The position numbers and the translations under genes are program-made. 64,000 bases of DNA. Source: Sphingobium sp. (GTDB taxonomy: Bacteria > Pseudomonadota > Alphaproteobacteria > Sphingomonadales > Sphingomonadaceae). Below the pieces are notes generated by a model. That model was given only the letters and a program-made list of their open reading frames with translations. It was not told the DNA's origin and made no database searches. Location of the stretch: contig NZ_JALDYQ010000013.1 in NCBI RefSeq assembly GCF_032153725.1, positions 9,686 to 73,685 on the forward strand, in the 5' to 3' direction. The first letter of the stretch is position 1. Each line of letters starts with the position of its first letter. This document shows, piece by piece, positions 1 through 8,751 of this stretch.

Positions 1-361
1 CGATGCCATCATGCAGAAGGTGAAGAAGGCCAAGACCGACCCCGAACCGCTGCCCGAAACCGCCGAAGGCTTGGCCGGGCGCCCGGAAGCGAACAACCTG
101 ATCGGCATCTACGCGACGCTGTCCGGCAAGACCCCCGATGCCGTCTGCGCCGAGTTCGCGGGCAAGGGCTTCGGCGCGTTCAAGCCGGCGCTGGGCGAAT
201 TGCTGGTGGAAACGCTCCGCCCGATCCGTTCGCGCTTCCTGGAACTGCGCACGGAGGATGCCGCGCTCGACGCCATCCTCGAAAAGGGCGCGGCCAAGGC
301 GTCGGCAGCGGCGGAACCAACCCTGCGCGCCGCCTATGACGCCATGGGACTGATGCGCTGA
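1..361 (+). CDS. trpS: tryptophan--tRNA ligase, C-terminal fragment (start lies upstream of window)
   Basis: Frame open from window edge to TGA 359-361. Tail NNLIGIYATLSGKTPDAVCAEFAGKGFGAFKPALGELLVETLRPIRSRFLEL resembles the C-terminal region of bacterial class I TrpRS. Confidence 0.8.
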   Translation, partial: DAIMQKVKKAKTDPEPLPETAEGLAGRPEANNLIGIYATLSGKTPDAVCAEFAGKGFGAFKPALGELLVETLRPIRSRFLELRTEDAALDAILEKGAAKASAAAEPTLRAAYDAMGLMR

Positions 362-562
362 TGCCACAAGGGGTTGCCCAAAGTGCGCCCCCTTTTTCCC
401 ATGGCCACGGAATAATCATGTCCGCGCCGTCGTAAGGATGGCAGGACATGGTTTGCGCCCGTTCGCCCGTTTCGCGCGTTCAAACGATGTTCAGTTGCGT
501 TTTGCTATGGCAAGGCGCTAAGTTGATTGGCAGGCGCAGTGCCTGATACAGGACGCAGGAAA

Positions 563-1213
563 ATGACCCGTTTCAACAAGATCGGCCTGATCGCGGCGCC
601 CGCTCTGGCGCTTGTGGCGCTTTCGGGATGCGCAACCTCCTTCAAGGCGGACGTCGCCCGGTTCCAGCAGCTTCCGGCGCCGGCGGGACAGAGCTTCACC
701 ATTGTCGCCGACGATCCGCGGCTCGCCGGCGGTCTGGAATTTTCCCACTATGCCGATCTCGTCGGGCAACGTCTGACGCAGACCGGCTATGTAGTGGCCG
801 GCGACCCGGCGCGTGCCGATCTCATCGTCCGCGTAGCCTATGGCGTCGACAATGGCCGCGAAAAGGTCCGTTCGACCGGCTTTGGCGCTCCCGATCCGTT
901 TTTCTATGGCGGATGGGGCTGGCGCGGCCGCTGGGGGCGCCCCTGGGGCTATGGCTTTTATGACCCGTGGCTGTTCGGTCCGGGGGGCTATAACGACATC
1001 AGCAGCTATACGGTTTATACCAGCGACCTCAGCATGAAGATCGATCGCGCGGCCGACAATCGCCGCCTGTTCGAGGGCAAGGCTTCGGCCCAGTCGCTGT
1101 CGAACAAGCTGACCTATCTGGTCCCGAATCTGATCGACGCGATGTTCACCGGCTTTCCCGGTCAGAATGGCGAAAATGTGAAGATCACCCTGCCGCCCGA
1201 AAAGAAGGGTTAG
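563..1213 (+). CDS. lipoprotein with Gly/Trp/Tyr/Arg-rich insert (DUF4136-like)
   Basis: ATG 563 inside track ORF 527-1213. Signal peptide plus lipobox LVALSG-C. Low-complexity core GGWGWRGRWGRPWGYGFYDPW. Same architecture as 2473-3072. Family label is from memory; the lipoprotein call is from sequence. Confidence 0.75.
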   Translation: MTRFNKIGLIAAPALALVALSGCATSFKADVARFQQLPAPAGQSFTIVADDPRLAGGLEFSHYADLVGQRLTQTGYVVAGDPARADLIVRVAYGVDNGREKVRSTGFGAPDPFFYGGWGWRGRWGRPWGYGFYDPWLFGPGGYNDISSYTVYTSDLSMKIDRAADNRRLFEGKASAQSLSNKLTYLVPNLIDAMFTGFPGQNGENVKITLPPEKKG

Positions 1214-1290
1214 GTAAGCATGCGCAAAAGCCTGCCCTGAACCTGTCGAAGGGCGGCTTTGGACCATGCCCCATTGCCCGGCGTCGTTTG

Positions 1291-1329
1291 CGATCCGCCA
1301 CCCCGGACTTGATACGGGGTGGCGGATCG
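1291..1329. repeat. perfect 15-bp stem / 9-nt loop hairpin between convergent genes
   Basis: CGATCCGCCACCCCG-gacttgata-CGGGGTGGCGGATCG, 17 nt beyond the M14 gene stop. No U-tract on either strand, so REP-like rather than a classic intrinsic terminator. Confidence 0.7.
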
Positions 1330-1345
1330 TCCAAATCCCTCGCTA

Positions 1346-2476
1346 TCAAATCTCGTCGATCATCTCTGCCAGCACGCCCAGGCAATCCTTGGCAAGCTGG
1401 ATCGATCGTGCCGGCGACCAGCCGAAATCGGCATCCGGCAAGTCGTCATTATCCTTGAACGGCATTTCCAATGTCATCGCCACCGCGCCGAAACGCTCCG
1501 CCAGCTGATTTGTGGACATGGACAGGTTCGCCTTGCCGTCCGGCGCGACGGGATAGCCCTTCTTCGTCTGGAAATCCGGCGTCCGGGCGGCCAGCGTATC
1601 GCGATAACGACGGTAGAGCGCCAACTGCCGCTCGGTGATCGAGGGTATCCCCTCGAACCCGGCAAGAAACACCGCCGCAATCGCCTCATCGCCATGCACA
1701 TCCATGGCGAAATCCACGCCCGCTTCGTCCATCGCGGCTCTTACCAGATACACTTCGGGACTCTTGTCCATCGATGGCTCGTGCCATTCGCGGTTGAGAT
1801 TGATGCCCACCGCATTGGTGCGCAAATGACCCCGACGGCTGCCATCCGGATTCATGTTCGGCACGATGCAGAAGGTCGCCTTTTGTCGCAGCAGCCGCGC
1901 CACGGCATCTTCTTCATCGCACAGCCGCTCCAGCGCGCCTTCCATCCACCATTCGGCCATGCTTTCGCCCGGATGCTGACGGGCATAGAGCCAGACCTTC
2001 TTACGCCCCTCGCCCAACACCAGCAGATCGAGCGGCTGCCTATCGAGCGTCAGCCCCAGTTCGCGGTGCTCCACCCCCGGCTGGGAGGCGGCCCAGGCGA
2101 CCAGATCATGGTGCCGCTCCATCGAATAGGGCGCGAAATAGGCAAGCCACACCGCGTTGGCATCCGGCGACAGGCGAATCGTCAGCGTGCCATTGGCATA
2201 GCTGGTGTCCGCCAGCAGCCAGTTTTCGCGATCCTCGCTGACCCTTGCCTGATAGCCCGGCCAGCCGTCAGGATAGGCCGACGCCCCGCAATTGGTGATC
2301 GCCAGTTCCACCTCCCGCCCAGCGACGCCTGCCACGCGGAAATGGAACCATTGGTAGAAGTCGCTCTGCCGATCCTTGACAATCTCCAGCTCGGCTCGGA
2401 CTCCCGCTGGGCTATCATTCAGGGAAACAAGGCGAATATTGCCGCTGTCGAAGGCGCTTGTGATCGAGATGGTCAT
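1346..2476 (-). CDS. M14-family zinc carboxypeptidase (cytosolic-carboxypeptidase-like)
   Basis: Track ORF 1346-2608 trimmed to ATG 2476 (MTISITSAFDSGNIRLV...), which overlaps the upstream lipoprotein stop as ATGA. HxxE zinc motif in ARQHPGESMAEWWMEG. N-terminal region typical of bacterial CCP-type M14 enzymes. Confidence 0.85.
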   Translation of the reverse strand: MTISITSAFDSGNIRLVSLNDSPAGVRAELEIVKDRQSDFYQWFHFRVAGVAGREVELAITNCGASAYPDGWPGYQARVSEDRENWLLADTSYANGTLTIRLSPDANAVWLAYFAPYSMERHHDLVAWAASQPGVEHRELGLTLDRQPLDLLVLGEGRKKVWLYARQHPGESMAEWWMEGALERLCDEEDAVARLLRQKATFCIVPNMNPDGSRRGHLRTNAVGINLNREWHEPSMDKSPEVYLVRAAMDEAGVDFAMDVHGDEAIAAVFLAGFEGIPSITERQLALYRRYRDTLAARTPDFQTKKGYPVAPDGKANLSMSTNQLAERFGAVAMTLEMPFKDNDDLPDADFGWSPARSIQLAKDCLGVLAEMIDEI

Positions 2477-3072
2477 TTGACAGTTATAGTCCGGCCCGAT
2501 TCTCCCGGATAGCCCCCGATCAACGCCGCCGCGAGCTTCCGTGCCGCCAGACCCGGCTGAGAGGCGGGCGTCCCTTCCCGCGCCTGCGTCTGCGCGCGGC
2601 CTTCCCAAATGGTGGTCGAATCAGCGCGGCGGCGGATCTGCACCTGCAATTCCGTGATCACCTGCCCCTTGGGCTTGCCCGACAGATTGATGCCAATGCC
2701 CAGGCCAAGGCCGGAATAACCGCCGCTGCCCACGGCGCCACCGACCCCGACGCTCACCGGCTTGCCATTATTGCCATAGCTGTTCGGTTCGCGGAACGTC
2801 CGGCGGAAACCTGTCAGCGCGACAAATTCGCTCTTCGCTGCCGTCCCGGCGGGAGTGAAGCCCACTCGCTGCAATTCCTGATCCACGGCGGCCGCATAGG
2901 TCCGGAATTCTAAACCAACATCGGGATTCCCTGCCATTTCCTCAACAGCGATCGTCCCGCTGCGCGCGGGATTGTCGATATGGAAACGCGTCACCTCCAC
3001 CGGTGGAACCGCCGTGGCGCAAGCGCTCAAGCCAAGGGCGAGCAGGGCAGGAAAAACGATTTTTTTCAACAT
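2473..3072 (-). CDS. lipoprotein with Gly-rich insert (DUF4136-like), paralogue of 563-1213
   Basis: ATG 3072 (MLKKIVFPALLALGLSAC...), lipobox GLSA-C. Gly-rich core GVGGAVGSGGYSGLGLGIGINLSG. Shares blocks V.RF, GLEF..YA..V.Q.L...G and I.R.AD....EG.A with 563-1213. Confidence 0.75.
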   Translation of the reverse strand: MLKKIVFPALLALGLSACATAVPPVEVTRFHIDNPARSGTIAVEEMAGNPDVGLEFRTYAAAVDQELQRVGFTPAGTAAKSEFVALTGFRRTFREPNSYGNNGKPVSVGVGGAVGSGGYSGLGLGIGINLSGKPKGQVITELQVQIRRRADSTTIWEGRAQTQAREGTPASQPGLAARKLAAALIGGYPGESGRTITVK

Positions 3073-3270
3073 GGACAGGACTCCAGGGGATATCATCCTC
3101 TACACGACACGGCGGCTCTATTCCCCTACAATCCGTGAAGCCACGCCTTTGCTGCATGCAGGATGAATGACGGGAAAAGGCGGCCGGTCGCCCTTGACTT
3201 TCCGCCGTCTCACCCATAGGGGCTGCGCTTCGATTTTCGATCACGCAAGATTCATTCAAAGGCTGGTTCC

Positions 3271-3396
3271 ATGAAGATCCGCAATTCGCTCAAGTCGCTC
3301 AAGGGCCGTCACCGGGATAACCGCGTGATCCGCCGCCGCGGCCGCACCTACGTCATCAACAAGACCAACCGCCGCTTCAAGGCCCGCCAGGGCTGA
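3271..3396 (+). CDS. rpmJ: 50S ribosomal protein L36
   Basis: Not in the supplied ORF track (41 codons). ATG 3271 to TGA 3394-3396 gives [41 protein letters not shown], the Cys-less L36 form common in alphaproteobacteria. Confidence 0.9.
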   Translation: MKIRNSLKSLKGRHRDNRVIRRRGRTYVINKTNRRFKARQG

Positions 3397-3400
3397 TTGA

Positions 3401-4048
3401 ATGGCGGAGATTGCCGCCGTCATCTTCGACGTCGGCAATGTCCTGTATCACTGGAACCCCAGGGTTCTGTACGAGCGCCTGATCGACGACGATCGGGCGC
3501 TCGACGCGTTTCTCCGCGATGTCGTGACGAGGGACTGGCATTTCCAGCATGATGCCGGCCGCCCCTTCGCGGAAACCAGCGCCGAACTGATCGCCCGCCA
3601 TCCCGAGCGCGCGGACCTGATTCGCCTCTGGGGCGAGAAGTTCATCGACAGCGTCGGCCCTGCGATCGCGGGCATGCCGGAACTGGTCCGCGAACTGGAT
3701 GCAGGCGGCATTCCGCTTTTCGCCATCACCAATTTCAGCGCGGAATTCTGGACGCCTTTCCACGCGCGGGAGACGGCGCTGTTCGCGCCCTTCCGCGATA
3801 TCGTGGTGTCCGGCGCGGAGAAGCTGGTGAAGCCCGATCCCGCCATTTACCGGCTGGCGCTTCGTCGATTCGGGCTGCGGGCGGAGCAGGCGATCTTCAT
3901 CGATGACCGCGAGGAGAATATCCTCGCCGCACAGGCGGAGGGCATGCACGGTCACCTGTTCCGCGACGCGGCGACGTTGCGGCAGGAGCTGGCGGCGCTG
4001 GGGTTGCTTGGAGCCTATTCAGGCCAAGGGCGAGGGGATTTGGCTTAG
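3401..4048 (+). CDS. HAD-superfamily hydrolase (subfamily IA-like)
   Basis: 215-aa ORF. Motif I region VIFDVGNVL, conserved Lys in KLVKPDP, motif IV FIDDREEN. Confidence 0.85.
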   Translation: MAEIAAVIFDVGNVLYHWNPRVLYERLIDDDRALDAFLRDVVTRDWHFQHDAGRPFAETSAELIARHPERADLIRLWGEKFIDSVGPAIAGMPELVRELDAGGIPLFAITNFSAEFWTPFHARETALFAPFRDIVVSGAEKLVKPDPAIYRLALRRFGLRAEQAIFIDDREENILAAQAEGMHGHLFRDAATLRQELAALGLLGAYSGQGRGDLA

Positions 4049-4077
4049 GGCGCAAATTTGGGTGGTTTGCCGTCATT

Positions 4078-4204
4078 CCCCCTCCCGCAAGCGGGAGGGG
4101 GCTAGGGGGTGTGCTGGCGCAACATCAGCGGCGATTTTCAACGGCTAGCCCGGAAGCTCGCTTCGCTCGCGCCCACCCCTAACCCCTCCCGTCTACGGGA
4201 GGGG
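4078..4204. repeat. REP/MITE-like element: two inverted ~32-bp GC-rich hairpin units flanking a 62-bp core (family A)
   Basis: Left unit CCCCCTCCCGCAAGCGGGAGGGGGCTAGGGGG (4078-4109). The right unit 4172-4204 is its near reverse complement (CCCACCCCTAACCCCTCCCGTCTACGGGAGGGG). Each unit is itself a hairpin. A third unit lies at 19038-19066. Confidence 0.7.
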
Positions 4205-4246
4205 AACGTCTTGGTTTGGCCATTGCAGGCCAAATCCTCAAACAGC

Positions 4247-5704
4247 CTAACCCTCGTCCCGCCCTCTCAGTTCATCCCCGCGAATCGCGGCGACATGCAG
4301 CACATTGGTCGACCCCGGCGTCCCGAAAGGCACGCCGGCCAGCACGACGATCTTGCCGCCCTTGTCGACCATATCATGCCGCAGGGCCATGCGCCGCGCC
4401 TTGCCGATCATCTCCTCGAAGGTGCCGATATCCTTGGTCCGCACCGCATGGACGCCCCAGGTCAGCCCCAGCTTGCGCGCCGTGTCCGCGCGCGGTGTCA
4501 GCGCCAGGATCGGCGTCATCGGCCGCTCGCGCGCCACGCGCCGCACGGTACTGCCGGAGGAGGTGAAGCAGGTGATCGCGCTCGCCCCGACAACAGAAAC
4601 GATGCCGCCCGCCCCCTCTGCCAGAGCGTCGGCGGTCGTCGGATCGGGCTTGGTTTCGGTAAAGTGCAGCCGCGCGAAATAGCCCGGATCACGCTCGACG
4701 CTGTGGGCGATGCTGTCCATCATCGCCACCGCCTCGACCGGCCAGTCGCCCGCCGCCGTCTCCGCCGACAGCATGATCGCGTCGGCCCCGTCATAGACCG
4801 CCGTCGCCACGTCGGACACTTCGGCGCGGGTCGGCGTCGGCGCCTTGATCATCGATTCGAGCATCTGCGTCGCCACCACGACCGGACGCCCCATGCGCCG
4901 CGCCGTCGCGACGATCTGCTTCTGGAGCGGCGGCACCGCCTGAGGCGGCAGTTCCACGCCCAGATCGCCGCGGGCCACCATCACGCCGTCGGCCAACTCG
5001 ATGATCTCCTCCAACCGCTGCACGGCGGAGGGCTTCTCGATCTTCGCCATCAGCGCGCCATGGCCGCCCATCAGCTTGCGCGCCTCCGCCAGATCCTCGG
5101 GCCGCTGCACGAAACTGAGCGCGATCCAGTCACAACCCTGCTCCACCGCGAAGCTGAGGTCGCGCCGGTCCTTCTCCGTCAGCGCCGGCACCGGCACCAC
5201 CACGTCCGGCACATTGACCCCCTTGCGGTTGGACAGCGTGCCGCCGACCTCGACCACCGTATCGATGCGATCGCCCGCCACCTGCTTGACCCGCAGCACC
5301 AGCTTGCCGTCATCCAGCAACAGCCGGGTTTCGGGGACCAGCGCCGCATAGATTTCCGGATGCGGCAGGTTCACGCGGCTGGCGTCGCCCGGCGCCGGAT
5401 CGCTATCGAGGACGAAGGCCCCGCCCGTTTCCAGCACCGCCAGCCCGCGTTCGAACGTGCCCACGCGCAGCTTCGGCCCCTGAAGGTCGCCCAGGATCGT
5501 CGTCGGACGGCCGAACTCCTTCTCCAATGCCCGGATCGCGGCGATGCGCGCGGCATGATCCTCATGCGCGCCATGGCTCATATTGATGCGGAAAGCGTCA
5601 GCCCCGGCGACGAACAGCGCCCGGATCATCTCCGGACTGTCGCTCGCAGGGCCAAGGGTCGCAAGAATGCGGACCTTGCGCGAACGGGGCGGTAATTTCG
5701 TCAT
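4247..5704 (-). CDS. pyk: pyruvate kinase
   Basis: 485-aa ORF. MTKLPPRSRKVRILATLGPAS, FRINMSHG, MVARGDLGVE and C-terminal allosteric domain pattern. Confidence 0.95.
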   Translation of the reverse strand: MTKLPPRSRKVRILATLGPASDSPEMIRALFVAGADAFRINMSHGAHEDHAARIAAIRALEKEFGRPTTILGDLQGPKLRVGTFERGLAVLETGGAFVLDSDPAPGDASRVNLPHPEIYAALVPETRLLLDDGKLVLRVKQVAGDRIDTVVEVGGTLSNRKGVNVPDVVVPVPALTEKDRRDLSFAVEQGCDWIALSFVQRPEDLAEARKLMGGHGALMAKIEKPSAVQRLEEIIELADGVMVARGDLGVELPPQAVPPLQKQIVATARRMGRPVVVATQMLESMIKAPTPTRAEVSDVATAVYDGADAIMLSAETAAGDWPVEAVAMMDSIAHSVERDPGYFARLHFTETKPDPTTADALAEGAGGIVSVVGASAITCFTSSGSTVRRVARERPMTPILALTPRADTARKLGLTWGVHAVRTKDIGTFEEMIGKARRMALRHDMVDKGGKIVVLAGVPFGTPGSTNVLHVAAIRGDELRGRDEG

Positions 5705-5810
5705 TCCCTATGTCTCCTGACCGTCATGGTCGCCTCTGGCTTGCCAGGGCGCGGTTTTCGATTATCCGTGCTGCACGACAGGATGATGTAGATCAGCGAA
5801 AGGTTTCGCC

Positions 5811-6110
5811 GTGAGCGATAACATACTCACAGATGCCGTTGCCGCAACCGCCTTCCGACGGTTGGTGGCGCATTTGCAGCACCGCACCGACGTTCAGAAT
5901 ATCGACCTGATGGGCGCGGCGGGCTTTTGCCGCAACTGCCTGGCCGACTGGATCGCGGAAGCGGATGGCGCGCTCAGCAGGGATCAGGCCCGGGAAATCA
6001 TCCATGGCATGCCCTTTGGCGAGTGGAAAAGCCGCTACCAGGGCGAAGCGACGCCCGAGCAGATCGCACGGATGCAGGAGAGTGTGGCGAAGAACGCCGA
6101 CAGTCATTAG
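5811..6110 (+). CDS. DUF1244 domain protein
   Basis: GTG start, 99 aa. Conserved GFCRNCLADW block typical of the DUF1244 family. Confidence 0.8.
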   Translation: MSDNILTDAVAATAFRRLVAHLQHRTDVQNIDLMGAAGFCRNCLADWIAEADGALSRDQAREIIHGMPFGEWKSRYQGEATPEQIARMQESVAKNADSH

Positions 6111-6149
6111 AGGCGTTCGCCAACCGATTCACATGGAATGGAGATTCTC

Positions 6150-6392
6150 ATGAGCGATGGCAATGTCGCCGCCGAACAGCTACGCCTTTTCATCGAGCGC
6201 ATCGAGCGTCTGGAAGAGGAAAAGAAGGGCATCGCGGACGATATCAAGGACGTCTATCTGGAGGCGAAGGCCAATGGCTATGACGTGAAGACGATGCGGT
6301 CGATCGTCCGCCTGCGCAAGATGGAGCGCAACGCCCGCATGGAGGCCGAAGCGCTGCTGGAAACATACAAGTCGGCCCTTGGCCTGGAATGA
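6150..6392 (+). CDS. gapR: GapR-like nucleoid-associated protein (DUF2312)
   Basis: ATG 6150 (alternative 6138). [57 protein letters not shown] matches the coiled-coil DUF2312/GapR pattern of Caulobacter. Confidence 0.8.
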   Translation: MSDGNVAAEQLRLFIERIERLEEEKKGIADDIKDVYLEAKANGYDVKTMRSIVRLRKMERNARMEAEALLETYKSALGLE

Positions 6393-6433
6393 CGCCGGGG
6401 CTGGAATAACCCCACCGCAAAAGGAGAGCGCCC

Positions 6434-6760
6434 ATGACCGAGATCATCGTCAGCACCACCCCTTCCCTGGAGGGGCGTCCCGCGAAGGAATATCTCGGCA
6501 TCGTCACCGGCGAGGTGATCGTGGGCGCCAACATCGTGCGCGACCTGTTTGCGGGCATACGCGACATCGTCGGCGGCCGATCGGGCGCCTATGAGGATGT
6601 TCTCCAGCGCGCCCGGGAACAGGCGATCGGGGAAATGCGGATGCGCGCCGCGACGCTCGGCGCCAATGCGGTGGTCGGTGTCGATCTCGATTATGAGACG
6701 GTGGGATCGAGTGGGTCGATGCTGATGGTCACCTGCTCGGGCACCGCCATTCTCGTCTGA
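6434..6760 (+). CDS. YbjQ/UPF0145 family protein
   Basis: 108 aa. [33 protein letters not shown] and [12 protein letters not shown] blocks are characteristic of the YbjQ family. Confidence 0.85.
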   Translation: MTEIIVSTTPSLEGRPAKEYLGIVTGEVIVGANIVRDLFAGIRDIVGGRSGAYEDVLQRAREQAIGEMRMRAATLGANAVVGVDLDYETVGSSGSMLMVTCSGTAILV

Positions 6761-6827
6761 GTTGCGCGGATGAGGCTCGCCCGCTAGAGAGCGCGCTTCG
6801 GATAACCAGATAAGTCAGGAGCAGGCC

Positions 6828-7571
6828 GTGGCCGGCCATAGCAAATTCAAGAACATCATGCATCGCAAGGGCGCGCAGGACAAAAAGCGCTCCTCGATGT
6901 TCTCCAAATTAAGCCGCGAAATCACCGTGGCGGCGAAAATGGGCATGCCCGACCCGGACATGAACCCGCGCCTCCGTCTGGCGATCAACGCCGCCAAGGC
7001 GCAGTCCATGCCCAAGGACAATATCCAGCGCGCGATCGACAAGGCGATCGGCGGGGATACCGAGAATTACGAGGAAATCCGCTATGAGGGCTATGGTCCC
7101 GGCGGGGTCGCGATCATCGTGGAAGCGCTGACCGACAATCGTAACCGCACCGCGACCAATGTGCGCACCGCCTTCTCCAAGAATGGCGGCAATCTGGGCG
7201 CGTCGGGCGCGGTGAGCCATGGCTTCGACCGCATGGGCCTCATCACCTATCCGGCGAGCGCGGGCGATGCCGACGCGATCTTCGAAGCGGCGCTGGAAGC
7301 CGGCGCGGAGGATGTGTCGTCGAACGAGGACGAGCATGAGATCTGGACCGCCATGGACGCGCTGCATGAAGTCGCCAAGGGCCTGGAGGCCAAGCTGGGT
7401 CCGGCAGAGGGCGCCAAGCTCGCCTGGAAGCCGCAGACCACCGTCGACGTCGATGAAAGCAACGCCGCGACGCTGATGAAGCTGGTCGATACGCTGGAAG
7501 ATGATGACGACGTCCAGACCGTCTGGGGCAATTATGAAGTGTCCGACGAGGTCATGGAGAAATTGGGCTGA
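6828..7571 (+). CDS. yebC: YebC/PmpR family DNA-binding transcriptional regulator
   Basis: GTG start. [23 protein letters not shown]-terminus and 247-aa length are diagnostic. Confidence 0.92.
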   Translation: MAGHSKFKNIMHRKGAQDKKRSSMFSKLSREITVAAKMGMPDPDMNPRLRLAINAAKAQSMPKDNIQRAIDKAIGGDTENYEEIRYEGYGPGGVAIIVEALTDNRNRTATNVRTAFSKNGGNLGASGAVSHGFDRMGLITYPASAGDADAIFEAALEAGAEDVSSNEDEHEIWTAMDALHEVAKGLEAKLGPAEGAKLAWKPQTTVDVDESNAATLMKLVDTLEDDDDVQTVWGNYEVSDEVMEKLG

Positions 7572-7579
7572 ATGCCCCC

Positions 7580-7639
7580 GATCCGTTCGTGTCGAGCGAG
7601 GTCGGCACATGACACAGCCTCGCTCGAACCGAACGGATT
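7580..7639 (+). terminator. long interrupted hairpin plus short U-run between yebC and ruvC
   Basis: GATCCGTTCG-tg-TCGAGCGAGG ... CCTCGCTCGA-ac-CGAACGGATT followed by TTGTTG. The 3' arm ends 8 nt before the ruvC ATG and covers its only GGA Shine-Dalgarno candidate. Confidence 0.4.
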
Positions 7640-7646
7640 TTGTTGA

Positions 7647-8138
7647 ATGATCATCCTTGGCCTCGACCCCGGCCTGGGCACTACCGGCTGGGGGCTGATC
7701 GCCGCTGACGGCAATCGCCTTACCCATATCGCCAATGGTCAGATCAAGACCGATTCCGAGATGGCGCTGGCGTCACGCCTGCTGGTGCTGGACCTGGCGC
7801 TGACCGACCTCATCCTGGAACACCAGCCCAATGGCGCGGCGGTCGAGGAAGTGTTCGTCAACGTGAATCCGCAATCGACGCTGAAACTCGGTCAGGCGCG
7901 AGGCGTGGCGCTGCTGGCGGCTTCCCGATCCGGCATGGAAGTGGGCGAATATGCCGCCCGGCTGGTCAAGAAATCGGTGGTCGGCGTCGGCAATGCGTCG
8001 AAGGAGCAGGTCCACGCCATGGTGTCCCGCCTCCTTCCCGGCGCGAAGGTCGCGGGACCGGACGCGTCCGATGCGCTGGCGGTCGCGATCACCCATGCGC
8101 ATCATCTGGCGAGCGCTCGGCGGATACCGCGTAAATAG
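7647..8138 (+). CDS. ruvC: crossover junction endodeoxyribonuclease RuvC
   Basis: 163 aa. [19 protein letters not shown]-terminus with catalytic Asp, C-terminal [13 protein letters not shown]. Confidence 0.92.
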   Translation: MIILGLDPGLGTTGWGLIAADGNRLTHIANGQIKTDSEMALASRLLVLDLALTDLILEHQPNGAAVEEVFVNVNPQSTLKLGQARGVALLAASRSGMEVGEYAARLVKKSVVGVGNASKEQVHAMVSRLLPGAKVAGPDASDALAVAITHAHHLASARRIPRK

Positions 8139-8335
8139 GCCGGAAAATAAGCCCGGCCTACAGGATTTGGGTGACAAAGGTGACACGACAAAAGGCGCGG
8201 AAAGGCGTCTTTTCGTGCGGAATTTCCTATCGTGGCCGGACGGTTCAAAGAGCTGGGTGGGCTTAGCTCTGTTACCATGCTGTAGGACAGGGGAATTTTT
8301 GGCGGGTTTGGCCATTTGTAGCCATTGAGCGTAAC

Positions 8336-8420
8336 GTGCTCCTGCGCAGGCAGGAGCCCAGTTCAGACGTTGCAATGATGAGGCGAGGGCGGGACTGGGT
8401 TCCTGCCTTCGCAGGAACAC
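8336..8420. repeat. MITE/REP-like 85-bp element with 11-bp terminal inverted repeats (family B, copy 1)
   Basis: GTGCTCCTGCG ... CCAGTTCAGA ... GGCGGGACTGG.TTCCTGCCTTCGCAGGAACAC. A second copy at 42440-42525 shares both termini and the internal CCAGTTCAGA/GGCGGGACTGG blocks. Confidence 0.7.
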
Positions 8421-8469
8421 GGCGCGTATCAAGGAAGACTCAGCTAAGCCGACCGTCCACATTCCACCC

Positions 8470-8748
8470 TTACCGCCAGTCGAAGCGCAGCGGGGCTTCG
8501 CGAAAAGCGAAGCGGTCGAGATGATCCGCCACCACCTGCTTGAAGCGTTCGACATCCGCGCCCTCCTGCGGTTCGATGGTGACGGTGAGGGCTTCCGCCG
8601 CCGCCGTCATCCGGATCGGGCCCATGGGGAAGGCGATCATGCCCTGTTGCGCATCATATTCGGTTTCGAACTTGTGTCCCCAATGCTTGCAGAGCTGCTG
8701 AAGATAGCGGCTGGCATGGGCGGTCGGCACATTGGCGGTCAAAGTCAT
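8470..8748 (-). CDS. DUF2218 domain protein
   Basis: 92 aa. MTLTANVPTAHASRYLQQLCKHWGHKF N-terminus typical of DUF2218. Starts 4 nt after the PadR stop, so probably co-transcribed. Confidence 0.8.
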   Translation of the reverse strand: MTLTANVPTAHASRYLQQLCKHWGHKFETEYDAQQGMIAFPMGPIRMTAAAEALTVTIEPQEGADVERFKQVVADHLDRFAFREAPLRFDWR

Positions 8749-8751
8749 GGA

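Noticed and set aside
4109-5695. 528-aa plus-strand ORF
   Set aside because: Antisense shadow of pyruvate kinase. Arg/His/Asp-rich nonsense-like sequence.
7580-7640. SOS (LexA) box near ruvC
   Set aside because: GAAC and GTTC tetramers are present but are spaced by 1 nt, or are followed by GCGA rather than forming the alphaproteobacterial GAAC-N7-GAAC / GTTC-N7-GTTC pattern.
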